DNA of 64,000 nucleotides from an uncultured Rikenellaceae bacterium (GCA_964642615.1 CAZXSW010000003.1:17950-81949); one strand, 5' to 3'; counted from the first letter of the stretch, positions 38,036 through 48,199 are shown. Numbers and translations are program-made. Notes: a model not told the origin generated them from the sequence alone.

Positions 38036-40057
38036 ATGCTGAAGAAGATAAAATTTCATGTTTTACTGCTGATTGCTGTAACAGGAGCTTTAAATGCATC
38101 CGCCCAGATCTTTGATCCTGCCACCTGGGAGTTCTCGTATGAGAAGACAGGTGATGACAGTTATGAGATTGTCATAAAGGCAGAAATTGAAGCCGGTTCG
38201 CATATCTACTCCATGGAGGTACCCGAAGGTGGCCCCATTCCGACATCAGTGGTTTTCGACTCTCTTCCCGGATATGTTTTTGAAGGAGATCCCTGGGAGG
38301 TTACCACTCCTGAGGAGGCTTTTGATGAAGCTTTCAGAATGAATATCAGGAGCTTCAGCAGATTTGCCGAGTTCAGGCAGAAGATAACAGCTGTTGATGA
38401 GGGTTTTACAGTGAGGGGTGTGGTCAACTACATGGCCTGTAATAATGTTACATGTTCTCCACCCAAAGACGTTGAATTTGAGTTGAATATAGGCAGCCCC
38501 CTTTCAGAGGCCAGGGCACCGGACCCCATGGCTGAAACAGAATCATCTGCACCGGTCAGACAGGGAGGAAAGCTCCTGGGATTCTTTCTTATCTCCCTGC
38601 TTGCAGGTTTTGCAGGTATTGTTACTCCCTGTGTCTTTCCTATGATACCGATGACTGTTGCCTTTTTCTCGCAGGGAAGCGAGAGCAGGGGCAAGTCGGT
38701 GATAAGGGCCCTGGTTTTCGGTCTGTCAATAGTATTGATTTATTCGCTTCTGGGGGTTATTGTATCGCTTACCAGTGCCGGTGCGGGAGTAGCGAATGCC
38801 CTCAGCACACACTGGATCCCCAACCTCCTTTTCTTCCTGCTTTTTGTTCTTTTTGCCGTTTCTTTCTTCGGGGCTTTTGAGATAATCCTGCCTAACAGAT
38901 GGGTTACAGGAGCTGATTCGAGGGTTGACAGGGGGGGATTGCTTGCTTCATTTTTCCTCGGACTGACAACGGTCATTGTTTCATTTTCCTGCACTGGGCC
39001 AATTATAGGTGTACTGCTTGTCGAGGCAGCCAGCGGTGACGTGCTGAGGCCGACTATCGGTATGTTTGGTTTTGGGCTCGCATTTGCACTGCCCTTTACC
39101 ATCTTTGCACTCTTCCCCTCGGTGATGAACAGGATTCCAAAATCGGGAAGCTGGCTGAATTCAGTCAAGGTTGTACTTGCATTCATTATGCTGGCCTTCA
39201 GTCTGAAATTCCTTCTCACCATCGATACGGTATATTCATTCAGGCTTCTTTCGAGGGATATTTACCTTGCTGTATGGATAGTGCTTTTCTCCCTGCTTGG
39301 GTTTTATCTGCTGGGAAAGATAAAGTTTGCTCACGACAGTGATCTTCCGCATATAGGCACCTTCAGACTGTTTACGGTTATTGCAGTTTTTACTTTTACT
39401 ATATACCTGGTAACCGGACTTTTCGGTGCACCTCTTACGGGATTGTCGGCAATGCTGCCATCTCCTTCTGACACAAGGTATATTTCATCTTCCCAGGCTC
39501 CTGTACAGAACAGTCAGGCTGATGGTTTCATTGTTTCTTCAATATTCGGGAGCGATCTTTGTTCCGAACCCAAACATGCCGACAGGTTTACCATGCCCCT
39601 GGGTCTGAAGGGATATTTTGATTATGAACAGGGACTGGCCTGTGCGAGGGAACAGGGTAAGCCGGTTCTTCTCGACTTTAAAGGACATGCCTGTGCAAAT
39701 TGTAAACTTATGGAAGCCAGGGTGTGGTCCGACCCCGGGGTTTTTGCACGGCTGAGGGATAATTTTGTCATTGTTTCCCTGTACGTTGATGACCGTACCC
39801 AGCTTCCTGAAGAAGAATGGGTTAAGTCGGCTATTGATGGCAAGATAAAAAAGACAATAGGTAAGGTCAACGAAGATCTGGAGATTTCGAAATTCAAAAC
39901 AAACGCACTTCCCCTGTATGTAATTACTGATCATCAAGGTAATCCGGTAAATGATCCCATGGGTACCAATATGAAAGCCGGTGAATTTGCCCGGTGGCTC
40001 GATGAGGGTCTGGCAGGCTTTGCTGAAAAGACCAAGCCTGTTGAATTCTCCTTTTGA
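38036..40057 (+). CDS. dsbD: thiol:disulfide interchange protein DsbD-like
   Basis: 673 aa. N-terminal periplasmic domain, multi-TM core with ...TPCVFPMIPMT..., and a C-terminal thioredoxin fold with GHACANC (CxxC). Confidence 0.88.
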   Translation: MLKKIKFHVLLLIAVTGALNASAQIFDPATWEFSYEKTGDDSYEIVIKAEIEAGSHIYSMEVPEGGPIPTSVVFDSLPGYVFEGDPWEVTTPEEAFDEAFRMNIRSFSRFAEFRQKITAVDEGFTVRGVVNYMACNNVTCSPPKDVEFELNIGSPLSEARAPDPMAETESSAPVRQGGKLLGFFLISLLAGFAGIVTPCVFPMIPMTVAFFSQGSESRGKSVIRALVFGLSIVLIYSLLGVIVSLTSAGAGVANALSTHWIPNLLFFLLFVLFAVSFFGAFEIILPNRWVTGADSRVDRGGLLASFFLGLTTVIVSFSCTGPIIGVLLVEAASGDVLRPTIGMFGFGLAFALPFTIFALFPSVMNRIPKSGSWLNSVKVVLAFIMLAFSLKFLLTIDTVYSFRLLSRDIYLAVWIVLFSLLGFYLLGKIKFAHDSDLPHIGTFRLFTVIAVFTFTIYLVTGLFGAPLTGLSAMLPSPSDTRYISSSQAPVQNSQADGFIVSSIFGSDLCSEPKHADRFTMPLGLKGYFDYEQGLACAREQGKPVLLDFKGHACANCKLMEARVWSDPGVFARLRDNFVIVSLYVDDRTQLPEEEWVKSAIDGKIKKTIGKVNEDLEISKFKTNALPLYVITDHQGNPVNDPMGTNMKAGEFARWLDEGLAGFAEKTKPVEFSF

Positions 40058-40119
40058 AATATGGTATTAATAATTGGATTTTGTCGCCGGAACAGTTATT
40101 TTTACAGATGCCTTAAGTA

Positions 40120-40611
40120 ATGATTGTGAGATATCTGTTAACATCTGTTCTGTTGTTTTTTTTCTGTGCGGCAGTTGCCCAGCAACCTGTTCAGGAAAGG
40201 ATTTCCAGTGCCGGGGGTAATTACGTCGGCAGGGGTGTTGCACTTAACTGGTCGCTGGGAGCTACGGTGGTTCCGACACTCAGGGCGGGGGAAGGGAAGC
40301 TTGTGCTTACCCATGGTTTTCAGGAGAAGATTACAGTAACACCCATTGATGAGAATATAGTTATAAAATCAGGCATTGTTGTCTATCCCAATCCGGCCTC
40401 TGAAACACTTAAGATCCGTTTTTCCGAACCTCCGGAAGGAAGGATAGGGATAGTGATCACGGATAATGAGGGCAGGGTAGTGAAAACTGATCAGTCAGAA
40501 GGATTTGAAGATATTATTGAGGTTGACCTGCAGTCACTTTCACCCGGATTATATTTCCTGCGTCTTAATAAGGGCAATGGTACCAATGTATATAAGGTGA
40601 TAAAACTTTAG
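40120..40611 (+). CDS. small secreted protein with T9SS C-terminal sorting domain
   Basis: 163 aa with a signal peptide. ...VVYPNPASETLKIRF...GLYFLRL...VYKVIKL is a typical Por secretion tail. Confidence 0.75.
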   Translation: MIVRYLLTSVLLFFFCAAVAQQPVQERISSAGGNYVGRGVALNWSLGATVVPTLRAGEGKLVLTHGFQEKITVTPIDENIVIKSGIVVYPNPASETLKIRFSEPPEGRIGIVITDNEGRVVKTDQSEGFEDIIEVDLQSLSPGLYFLRLNKGNGTNVYKVIKL

Positions 40612-40615
40612 CCAG

Positions 40616-40647
40616 TGCTTTTTTCTCTCCAAAAGGCACATTTTTTA
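40616..40647 (+). terminator. intrinsic terminator (first of a tandem pair)
   Basis: GTGCTTTT pairs with AAAAGGCAC (one bulge), followed by ATTTTTT. Confidence 0.55.
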
Positions 40648-40661
40648 TTATTTTCATGGCT

Positions 40662-40690
40662 GCCCCTGATATTTAAATCAGGGGCTTTTT
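40662..40690 (+). terminator. intrinsic terminator (second of a tandem pair)
   Basis: GCCCCTGAT (40662-40670) pairs with ATCAGGGGC (40677-40685), then TTTTT. Confidence 0.75.
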
Positions 40691-40765
40691 CACTGTTAAA
40701 ATGTGTTAAATAAGGTAGTTCCATATGGAATTTGAGCACAAAACTGAGTATATTGCCGCCTTAAA

Positions 40766-41989
40766 ATGTGCAAGGAACAGATGAGAAATTTAGCCGGATA
40801 TTTATTAATAATAGTGTTGTTTTCCGGTTGTCAGGGGGATGAGGAGCGCTTTTTGAGGAAAGCAGACAGTCTGCATAAATCCCTGCTTACTGTCGACACC
40901 CACTGTGATACTCCGATGTATTTTGAGGATCCGGGGTTTGATCTTGGGGTAAGGCAGGATGAAGTTTGTGTTGATTTTCCCCGCATGAAGGAAGGGGGGC
41001 TTGATGCCGAATTCTTTGCTGTGTTTATTGCCCAGGGACCGAGGAATGATTCGGCATATAGCGTTGTTCACAACAAGGCGCTTGGCATCTTTAAAGACAT
41101 CCGTAACAATGTAGCCAAAAACAGCAGTATGGCTGGGCTGGCCCTTACTCCCGATGATGCCCTGAGGCTTAAGAAGGAAGGCAGGATTGCGGCTTTCATC
41201 GGACTCGAGAACGGGTATCCGGCCGGAAAGGATCTGGGAAGAATCGGGGAATATTATGACCTGGGAGCAAGATATATAACTCTATGTCATTCAACTAATA
41301 ACGATATATGCGATTCATCAGGCGATCCGAAGGGACCTGAGCATAACGGACTTTCAGCATTTGGACGTGAGGTTATCAGGGAGATGAACCGGATAGGGAT
41401 GATGATAGATGTCTCCCATGTCTCGGATAAATCGTTTTATGATGTTATTAGTCTTTCAGAGGCTCCTGTCATTGCCTCCCATTCATCATGCAGGGCTCTT
41501 TGTTCGAGTCCCCGTAATATCACCGACGATATGTTGCTTTCGCTTAAGGAGAACGGTGGAGTGGTCCAGATTTGTATTCTAAGCAGTTACATCAAGACGC
41601 CTGAGCCTAATCCCGAGCTTGAAGAAAAGATGACTGAGCTTACCGGACAGTATGGTGAGTATTCTTCTCTTACGGATGAAAAGAAAGCAGCTTTCAGGGT
41701 TGAGTACAGGAAGATTCAGGAAATATACAGGAAGTACGCTACTGTTTCGGATGTAGTTGATCATATTGATCATGTTGTTCAGGTAATAGGGATTGACCAT
41801 GTGGGTATAGGCACTGATTTTGACGGAGGCGGTGGTGTAGAGGGCTGCATGACTGTTTCAGAGATGAAGAATATCACCATTGAGATGTTGCAAAGGGGTT
41901 ATACCCGCCGCGACCTGGAAAAGGTATGGGGCGGCAATCTTATGAGGGTCTTCAGGGAGGTGGAAAGTATAAGGTCAGCAAAGGTCTGA
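40766..41989 (+). CDS. membrane dipeptidase (peptidase M19 family)
   Basis: 407 aa; ...VDTHCDTP..., ...GLENG..., ...DVSH.S... and ...SHS... metal-ligand blocks. Lipoprotein-like LFSGC. An alternative ATG at 40781 gives MRNLAGYLL... Confidence 0.85.
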   Translation: MCKEQMRNLAGYLLIIVLFSGCQGDEERFLRKADSLHKSLLTVDTHCDTPMYFEDPGFDLGVRQDEVCVDFPRMKEGGLDAEFFAVFIAQGPRNDSAYSVVHNKALGIFKDIRNNVAKNSSMAGLALTPDDALRLKKEGRIAAFIGLENGYPAGKDLGRIGEYYDLGARYITLCHSTNNDICDSSGDPKGPEHNGLSAFGREVIREMNRIGMMIDVSHVSDKSFYDVISLSEAPVIASHSSCRALCSSPRNITDDMLLSLKENGGVVQICILSSYIKTPEPNPELEEKMTELTGQYGEYSSLTDEKKAAFRVEYRKIQEIYRKYATVSDVVDHIDHVVQVIGIDHVGIGTDFDGGGGVEGCMTVSEMKNITIEMLQRGYTRRDLEKVWGGNLMRVFREVESIRSAKV

Positions 41990-42022
41990 ACCTCTTACAT
42001 CCTCTTAAGGCCGACAGTCAGT

Positions 42023-43102
42023 TCAGGAGGGTTTTACTCTCGAGAACCTTAGGGCTTTAAGCATCCACGACGGAAGGGACTTCCGGGGATCGCGTTTTCT
42101 GAGGTCGAGAGACCATCCCAGTTTCTTTAAAAGTGGCAGTTTATGGGTCTCAACAAATTCGATAAGCACTCCGTCGGGATCTTCGATGTATGAAAAATGT
42201 CCTGCCGCATCGCCCATGTCAAAAATATCTCCTTCATGGCTTTTCTTGCTGTCGACAATGAAAGGGAAGCTTTTGCTTTCGCAGTATTTCTTGAGTTCAT
42301 CCATACCTCTCATATCGTAGCAAAGATGAATAAATCCGGGGTCGCCCCAGAACCGTCCGTCATAGGCTCTCTGTCCGGGGTTGTCAACAGGAGATATCAG
42401 TTCAATAAGGCTGTTGCCGAAAACCTTGCTGAAAGGGCCGGCAAAGGGTTTGGTTCTTGACAGCAGAATCCTCCGGCACTTTATGTCACCTCCCGGCAGG
42501 CCTGCAAGGTCGTTGAAGACGGCTGTTTTATCGTAGAGTACCTTGTCGTATCCCAGAATGTCGGAATATACAGTTACAGATTTTTCAATGTCAGACACGC
42601 CGATAATGGCCCCGAAGGCTCCTCCTGTTGGTTTATTCTCCTTCATGAACCAGTCGGAGGCCTCAACGATCTGAAATAAATTTCCGAAGGGATCTTTAAG
42701 GAAGAAACTTAAATTACCGGCTGGGTCGGGCAGGGCCTGGCCAAGAAGGCTGACACCTTGTTCTGAAAAAGTATCGATGGTCCGGGCAATATTTCCGGTT
42801 TTTATTTTGCATACCAGGATACCGAAGTCTCCGATTCGCAACTCCTCTTTTTTATGTACGGGTTCCCTTCTTTTGTATTGCCATATTTCGAACCCCCCTC
42901 CGCTTTGAAGGTTGAGGGCCAGAACAGCGTGCCGGTTTTGTGGTTTTCCTCCTGTGTAGGGGAGCATCAGTTTTGCTTCAGCCTCTTCCTCAAAGATACG
43001 GCAGTCCATTCCGAAATGTTTTATATACCAGTTCCAGGCATCTTTAACATCAGTGACACCAATTCCCACCTGCTGGATTCCGCTAATAACATACTCTTTC
43101 AT
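42023..43102 (-). CDS. VOC (glyoxalase/bleomycin-resistance/dioxygenase) family protein, multi-domain
   Basis: 359 aa with repeated beta-alpha-beta-beta-beta modules (...GIQQVGIGVTD..., ...IIGVSDIEKS...). Family-level call only. Confidence 0.65.
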   Translation of the reverse strand: MKEYVISGIQQVGIGVTDVKDAWNWYIKHFGMDCRIFEEEAEAKLMLPYTGGKPQNRHAVLALNLQSGGGFEIWQYKRREPVHKKEELRIGDFGILVCKIKTGNIARTIDTFSEQGVSLLGQALPDPAGNLSFFLKDPFGNLFQIVEASDWFMKENKPTGGAFGAIIGVSDIEKSVTVYSDILGYDKVLYDKTAVFNDLAGLPGGDIKCRRILLSRTKPFAGPFSKVFGNSLIELISPVDNPGQRAYDGRFWGDPGFIHLCYDMRGMDELKKYCESKSFPFIVDSKKSHEGDIFDMGDAAGHFSYIEDPDGVLIEFVETHKLPLLKKLGWSLDLRKRDPRKSLPSWMLKALRFSRVKPS

Positions 43103-43121
43103 TCCACTCAGTTTTTTCCTT

Positions 43122-43928
43122 TCAGGTTGATTTTATTTTATCTGCAATTCTGAAAAACAGCCATGGCAGATATCGTCGTATAAACAGCATGAGTAATTCA
43201 CTGCTTCCAACAAGTATTTCCCTCTTGTTCTTTATTATACCTTTCATAATTATTCCGGCAGCCTTGTCGGGTGTTATACCCCCGGCCTGCCCATCGTCCA
43301 TTTTACCGTGTTCTTTCCCTTCTGAATCGAGGGCATGAAGTGATATATTTGTCCTTACCCTTCCTGGTATAATAACGGATGTTTTTATATTGTATTTTTT
43401 ATTTTCGAGATATAGGGTTTCAAAAAAACCATGAAGGGCTTGTTTTGAGGCCGAGTAGGCTGATCTGAGAGGGAACCCGAATCTTCCTGTTATACTGCTT
43501 GTTGCCAGGATATGGCCTCCCTTGTTACGCATCATATACGGAAGCACTGCCTTGGTCAGAGCAATGGTTCCGAAGTAATTGATCTCAAAGATTTTCCTGT
43601 CGAGCCAGAGAGGAGTCTCCTCTATCCGTGCCCTCTGGCTTATACCTCCGATATTGAGGAGAAAGTCAATTTTCCCTGTCTCGGCCAGAACGTTTTTTGT
43701 CAGTTCTTCGATGCGGGAAGTATCGAGGAGGTCGAAGGGGACCAGCTTAAGCCTGTCACCTGCATTATCTGATGCAGCTTTCAACCTTTCCAGTCCGGCT
43801 TTATCGTTTGAAGAAGCAATGACAGATGCGCCGTGTCTGAGGAAGCGATATACGAGTGCTTCGCCTATGCCTGAAGATGCCCCGGTGATCCAGGCTGTCT
43901 TGCCTTCGAAGAAATCTTGTCTGCTCAT
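43122..43928 (-). CDS. SDR-family oxidoreductase with hydrophobic C-terminus
   Basis: 268 aa; TGASSGIGEA cofactor motif, NIGG and YSASK catalytic motif. Starts 1 nt after the upstream acyltransferase gene ends. Confidence 0.88.
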   Translation of the reverse strand: MSRQDFFEGKTAWITGASSGIGEALVYRFLRHGASVIASSNDKAGLERLKAASDNAGDRLKLVPFDLLDTSRIEELTKNVLAETGKIDFLLNIGGISQRARIEETPLWLDRKIFEINYFGTIALTKAVLPYMMRNKGGHILATSSITGRFGFPLRSAYSASKQALHGFFETLYLENKKYNIKTSVIIPGRVRTNISLHALDSEGKEHGKMDDGQAGGITPDKAAGIIMKGIIKNKREILVGSSELLMLFIRRYLPWLFFRIADKIKST

Positions 43929-43929
43929 C

Positions 43930-45258
43930 TCAAAGGCTCCTTGTAAGGCTTAACAGTTCATCGTAGTTTTTTCTCAGGTCAAGGTATCCGGCATCTCCTT
44001 TTCTGATCAGCTTTCTTAACCTGAATCCCCCGGTTATCCTCCTGAAAAGCAGGTAGTAGTTCCATGCAAAGAGTCCGGTAACAGGTATTAACAGGAAGAT
44101 TGCTAGGGCTATCCACCACCTGGCAAACACGAGGAGACAAACGGCCAGGAAGATTGGAAGAAGGATGAAGGCAAGAAGCAGGGAGAGTCCGTAACGGACA
44201 GAGCTGTGGAATTGTTTGTCTTTTATCTGTCTGATCTTGAACTCAGGCAGCCCAAGGAAAGTAAGGTTGAATATATTCCCGAAGAGGAACAGGGGAAAGG
44301 TGACCAGGAGACCTGCCATTCCTGCGATAAGCCATCCAGAGGTGTGTTTTTTCTTATCAAGGAGCTTGTAGGATGTATTCAGGCGTTTTGTTTTTTCCCT
44401 GACAAGCAGGCTTAGAGAACAAATCTTATTGTAAAGGTTGTTGTCGGTACTCTGGATAGCGTTTAGTTTATCTATAAGCTCCCTGTCTCTGAGTATCTTG
44501 GGTTTTTTAATATCATCACTGAAGCGGCCGTTTACAATACTCCTGAGTTCATCAATGGCTTCATAGTCATCTTTTGATTCGATGTGGACCATTATATTTT
44601 TCATCTCAATGGCCAGTCTTTTTTTCAACTCATTCATAGCCATATCCGGATTTGTACGGTACAGTTCAGTATAAGCGGATACTTCGATAGGTTTTCCATA
44701 GACGACCGATAGTACCGGTCTTATCCTTGAATAGCTTGAATATTCAATTCCGACAGGAATAATCTTAATATTAAGGCTGTAGCCTGTTGCCTCTTCTGCC
44801 TGGAAGGCTATTCTGCATATACCTTTTTTGAGCTGTCTGAGTCTTCTGAAGCCAGCATGATCACCTTCGGGAAGGATTACAAGACCGCTTTTGTTTCTGA
44901 GAATATCGACAGTCTTATGAAAGATTTCGTCGTTGGCTTTGAGGTTGCTGTAACCGTCTCTTATGCGGTAAACGGGCAGGATTTTAAGGAAGTAGAGAAT
45001 GGAGGCTATTATTTTTTTTCTGAAGATATCAGCTCTTCCAAGGAATACAGGCTGCCCTTTGTGTGTAAAGAGGACGGCGAGGGCATCCATAAGTGCATTC
45101 TGGTGATTGGGAGCATATATAATAGTATCCCCGGGATCTATATTCTCAAGACCCATAACAATAATCTTCCTGTAGAAGATCTTATCGTGCCAGAAACCGG
45201 CGACCCGCTTCAGAAGGGCATAGCCGGCCGAGTATTTTTCAATAGTATTTCTCCCCAT
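43930..45258 (-). CDS. glycerolipid acyltransferase (PlsC/GPAT-like) with C-terminal TM region
   Basis: 442 aa; HX4D block APNHQNALMD, ...VILPEG... block. Three or so C-terminal hydrophobic helices. Confidence 0.8.
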   Translation of the reverse strand: MGRNTIEKYSAGYALLKRVAGFWHDKIFYRKIIVMGLENIDPGDTIIYAPNHQNALMDALAVLFTHKGQPVFLGRADIFRKKIIASILYFLKILPVYRIRDGYSNLKANDEIFHKTVDILRNKSGLVILPEGDHAGFRRLRQLKKGICRIAFQAEEATGYSLNIKIIPVGIEYSSYSRIRPVLSVVYGKPIEVSAYTELYRTNPDMAMNELKKRLAIEMKNIMVHIESKDDYEAIDELRSIVNGRFSDDIKKPKILRDRELIDKLNAIQSTDNNLYNKICSLSLLVREKTKRLNTSYKLLDKKKHTSGWLIAGMAGLLVTFPLFLFGNIFNLTFLGLPEFKIRQIKDKQFHSSVRYGLSLLLAFILLPIFLAVCLLVFARWWIALAIFLLIPVTGLFAWNYYLLFRRITGGFRLRKLIRKGDAGYLDLRKNYDELLSLTRSL

Positions 45259-45409
45259 TTAAATTCCAGTCTAAGGTAATTCTCCGGTATGATGTTATTT
45301 TATGTCAGGTTGAGTGCAAGTTATTAAAATATGAAATCGGCCCTGCCTCTTTTGTTTTACTTTCTTTATGGCAGAGGAAATTATAAGTCTTTTTACCACC
45401 GGTAATATT

Positions 45410-45805
45410 TCAGAAAAGATCTTCCCTGAGTCTGTCGATGCTTCTTCTTTCCTTTTTTGTAGGCCGGCCGCTTCCTTTTTCCCTGAACCCTGAGGCAAAT
45501 GATGGTCTGAGTTCAAGTTTCATTTTCTCTTCCTCGGGAGTAAGGTCTTCGATATAGTTACTGACAAGTCTGGCCCCTATTCTGTTTTCAAGTGTGGCAA
45601 TAACCCGGAAGCTCAGTATAACGGGTGGTCTTTTAATGTTGAGTATCTCTCCGGCTGTTATCATTCTTGAGGGTTTGACCTGGACCCCGTTTACAGAGAT
45701 TCTTCCCTTGAGGCATTCCTGGGAGGCAAGGCTTCTTGTTTTGAAGAGCCTGACGGCATAAAGAAATTTGTCTATCCTTACAGCTTTGTTTTCTGTGGTC
45801 TCCAT
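45410..45805 (-). CDS. hslR: S4-domain RNA-binding protein (Hsp15/HslR-like)
   Basis: 131 aa; ...VRIDKFLYAVRLFKTRSLA.......GRISVNG..VKPSR... S4 fold. Adjacent to pth. Confidence 0.8.
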   Translation of the reverse strand: METTENKAVRIDKFLYAVRLFKTRSLASQECLKGRISVNGVQVKPSRMITAGEILNIKRPPVILSFRVIATLENRIGARLVSNYIEDLTPEEEKMKLELRPSFASGFREKGSGRPTKKERRSIDRLREDLF

Positions 45806-45832
45806 GCCTCATTGTTTTGGATTAGCCGTTGA

Positions 45833-46441
45833 TTATTTGTTCCCTTCCTTTTGTTCGCCTGAGGGAGGGAGTTTTTTCCCGGCTTTGTTGAAGGCAGTCA
45901 TGGTAAGTTCGACTCCGGCTGTTACAAAGGATCTGATCATATCGATGACCAGGTCCATTTTTTCGTCAATAGTTTTGTTTTCTTCGTCAGAGAAGTCTCC
46001 AAGGACATAGTTGACCTGGCTGCCTTTGTGGAAGCCGTTACCTATACCGATTCTTATTCTTGCATATCCGGTGGTCTCCAGTACCGTGTTTATGTGACTC
46101 AGTCCGTTATGGCCTCCGTCCCCGCCTCCGGATCTCATTCGTATGCTGCCTGTGGGAAGGGCAATATCATCGACAATAACGCAGAGGTTCTCAACCGGGA
46201 TCTTTTCCTTTTTGAGCCAGTAACTGACGGCATTACCGCTTAGATTCATAAAAGTAGAAGGTTTGAGAAGGAAAATGGTGCGGCCCTTATACCTGGTTTC
46301 ACAGACCATCCCATACCGTTTGTCTGAAAAAGAGATGTTGGATGCCATGGCAATGGCATCCAACACCCTGAAACCAACATTATGTCGTGTATCCTTATAT
46401 TCGTTGCCTATGTTACCCAGGCCAACTATGAGATATTTCAT
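45833..46441 (-). CDS. pth: peptidyl-tRNA hydrolase
   Basis: 202 aa; MKYLIVGLGNIGNEY..TRHNVGF... and ...GGHNGL.. motifs. Confidence 0.95.
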   Translation of the reverse strand: MKYLIVGLGNIGNEYKDTRHNVGFRVLDAIAMASNISFSDKRYGMVCETRYKGRTIFLLKPSTFMNLSGNAVSYWLKKEKIPVENLCVIVDDIALPTGSIRMRSGGGDGGHNGLSHINTVLETTGYARIRIGIGNGFHKGSQVNYVLGDFSDEENKTIDEKMDLVIDMIRSFVTAGVELTMTAFNKAGKKLPPSGEQKEGNK

Positions 46442-46476
46442 TGTGCCTGTAAGAATTTAGGGTAAAGATACCCCTG

Positions 46477-47100
46477 TTATTTCTTATCTTCTGAAGCTTC
46501 AGCAGATGAACCTGCTTCGGCAGCTGCTTCGGTCTCTTCTTCACCACCTTTTTGTACTACACGCGATGTGGCGATTGTAAGTATAGTGGTAATACCAGGA
46601 TCGAGGAATTCGATTTTATCAAATGAAAGGTCACCTACTTTAACTGAGTGGTGGATTTTAACATTTGTGACATCAATGGTAATATAATCAGGAATATCAT
46701 TAACGAAACCCCTGACTTTGAGGTTTCTTTTCTTGATCCTAAGTTTACCACCTGCCTTAACACCTAATGAATCGCCAACCACCTTGATGGGCAGTGATAT
46801 AACAACTGGCTTGTCATCAGACACTTCGATGAAATCCATGTGTAAAATCTTGTCGGTGACGGGATGAAACTGAATATCCTTAAGAACGGCTTTATATTCC
46901 TTTCCTTCGAGATTAAGTTTGACCAGGTGGGCGTCGGGAGTATAAATCAGGTTTATAAAACTATTTTCATGAGCATGGAAATGGATGTTCGTGTCCTTTT
47001 CGTAAATGACGCAAGGCACATCTCCTGCTTTCCTGAGCTTCTTCGAGCTTTTCTTTCCAAGATCAGTCCTGATCGACCCACTGATTTCAATTGTCTTCAT
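46477..47100 (-). CDS. rplY: 50S ribosomal protein L25/general stress protein Ctc
   Basis: 207 aa; ...LRK.G.VP.V.Y......H..........L........L.L.G......LKD.Q.HPV.D.ILH.DF... with an acidic tail. Confidence 0.92.
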   Translation of the reverse strand: MKTIEISGSIRTDLGKKSSKKLRKAGDVPCVIYEKDTNIHFHAHENSFINLIYTPDAHLVKLNLEGKEYKAVLKDIQFHPVTDKILHMDFIEVSDDKPVVISLPIKVVGDSLGVKAGGKLRIKKRNLKVRGFVNDIPDYITIDVTNVKIHHSVKVGDLSFDKIEFLDPGITTILTIATSRVVQKGGEEETEAAAEAGSSAEASEDKK

Positions 47101-47203
47101 TTTAAATAAATTATTGTGCTACTCAGAGTTACTAAACAGTTAACTCCCCATTACACGTTTGACACTAGTAAAAAAATCGGCGTGCAAATATATTACAAAT
47201 GAA

Positions 47204-48142
47204 TCAGAATACAAAATATGAACTTATGGATCTGTTTTCGTTAACGGCCTGAATTGTTGTGGCGAAGATATTCGCTATGGAAAGCACTTTTATTTTTTCA
47301 GATTTGTTGACGAAAGGCACCGAGTCGGTAACCACCAGTTCTTCAATTGGAGAGTTATTGATTCTTTCTATTGCATTTCCCGAGAGTATCGGATGGGTTG
47401 CGAAGGCTCTTATGCTTTTGGCTCCCTTTTCCTTCATTTTTTCAGCGGCAAGGACTATTGTTCCGCCGGTATCTATCATGTCGTCGATTATGACGACGTC
47501 ACGTCCTTCAACATCTCCTATTATTGACATTTCCTCCACCACGTTTGGTTTCTTTCTCAGTTTGTAGCAGAGAACCATTTCACACTTAAGGTGTCGGGAG
47601 TATGCATTTGCTCTTTTTGATCCGCCCATATCGGGGGCTGAAACAGCAAGGTTTTCGAGATGAAGGTTCTGGATGTAGGGGGTAAAGATTGCTGAGCCGA
47701 AGAGGTGGTCGACCGGCACATCGAAGAAGCCCTGGATCTGATCGGCATGCAGGTCCATAGTAATTACCCTGTCGACGCCTGCAGTGCTGAGCAGGTCGGC
47801 TGCCAGCTTTGAGCCTATCGACACTCTTGGCCTGTCTTTGCGGTCCTGCCGTGCAAAACCGTAGTAAGGTATTATGGCTATCACCTTATAGGCCGAAGCT
47901 CTTTTCGCAGCATCGATCATAAGGAGAAGTTCGAAAATATTGTCGGCAGGCGGGTTTGTAGACTGGACTATAAAGACCATCTGTCCCCTTACCGATTCAT
48001 CATAACAAGGTTGAAATTCACCGTCACTGAATTCAGTGACAGAACTCTTTCCGAGTTCAATTCCAAGTTCATCAGCTATTTTCTGTGCCAGTACCCTTGA
48101 GGCCCTGCACGAAAAAAGCTTCATAGGCGCCTTCCCATACAT
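47204..48142 (-). CDS. prs: ribose-phosphate pyrophosphokinase
   Basis: ATG at 48142 gives 312 aa (the ORF-track start 48178 is a TTG). ...DLHADQIQGFF... and ...VIIDDMIDTGGT... PRPP-binding loop. Confidence 0.93.
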   Translation of the reverse strand: MYGKAPMKLFSCRASRVLAQKIADELGIELGKSSVTEFSDGEFQPCYDESVRGQMVFIVQSTNPPADNIFELLLMIDAAKRASAYKVIAIIPYYGFARQDRKDRPRVSIGSKLAADLLSTAGVDRVITMDLHADQIQGFFDVPVDHLFGSAIFTPYIQNLHLENLAVSAPDMGGSKRANAYSRHLKCEMVLCYKLRKKPNVVEEMSIIGDVEGRDVVIIDDMIDTGGTIVLAAEKMKEKGAKSIRAFATHPILSGNAIERINNSPIEELVVTDSVPFVNKSEKIKVLSIANIFATTIQAVNENRSISSYFVF

Positions 48143-48199
48143 TATCCTGCTGTTTTGGTAATAAAAATCAGAGTACAAAATTATAAAATCCCAGCTATA

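Noticed and set aside
45295-45516. 73-aa minus-strand ORF overlapping the 3' end of hslR.
   Set aside because: It overlaps the S4-domain gene in another frame and extends into the spacer. There are no motifs, and the composition is K/S/G-rich and low-complexity.
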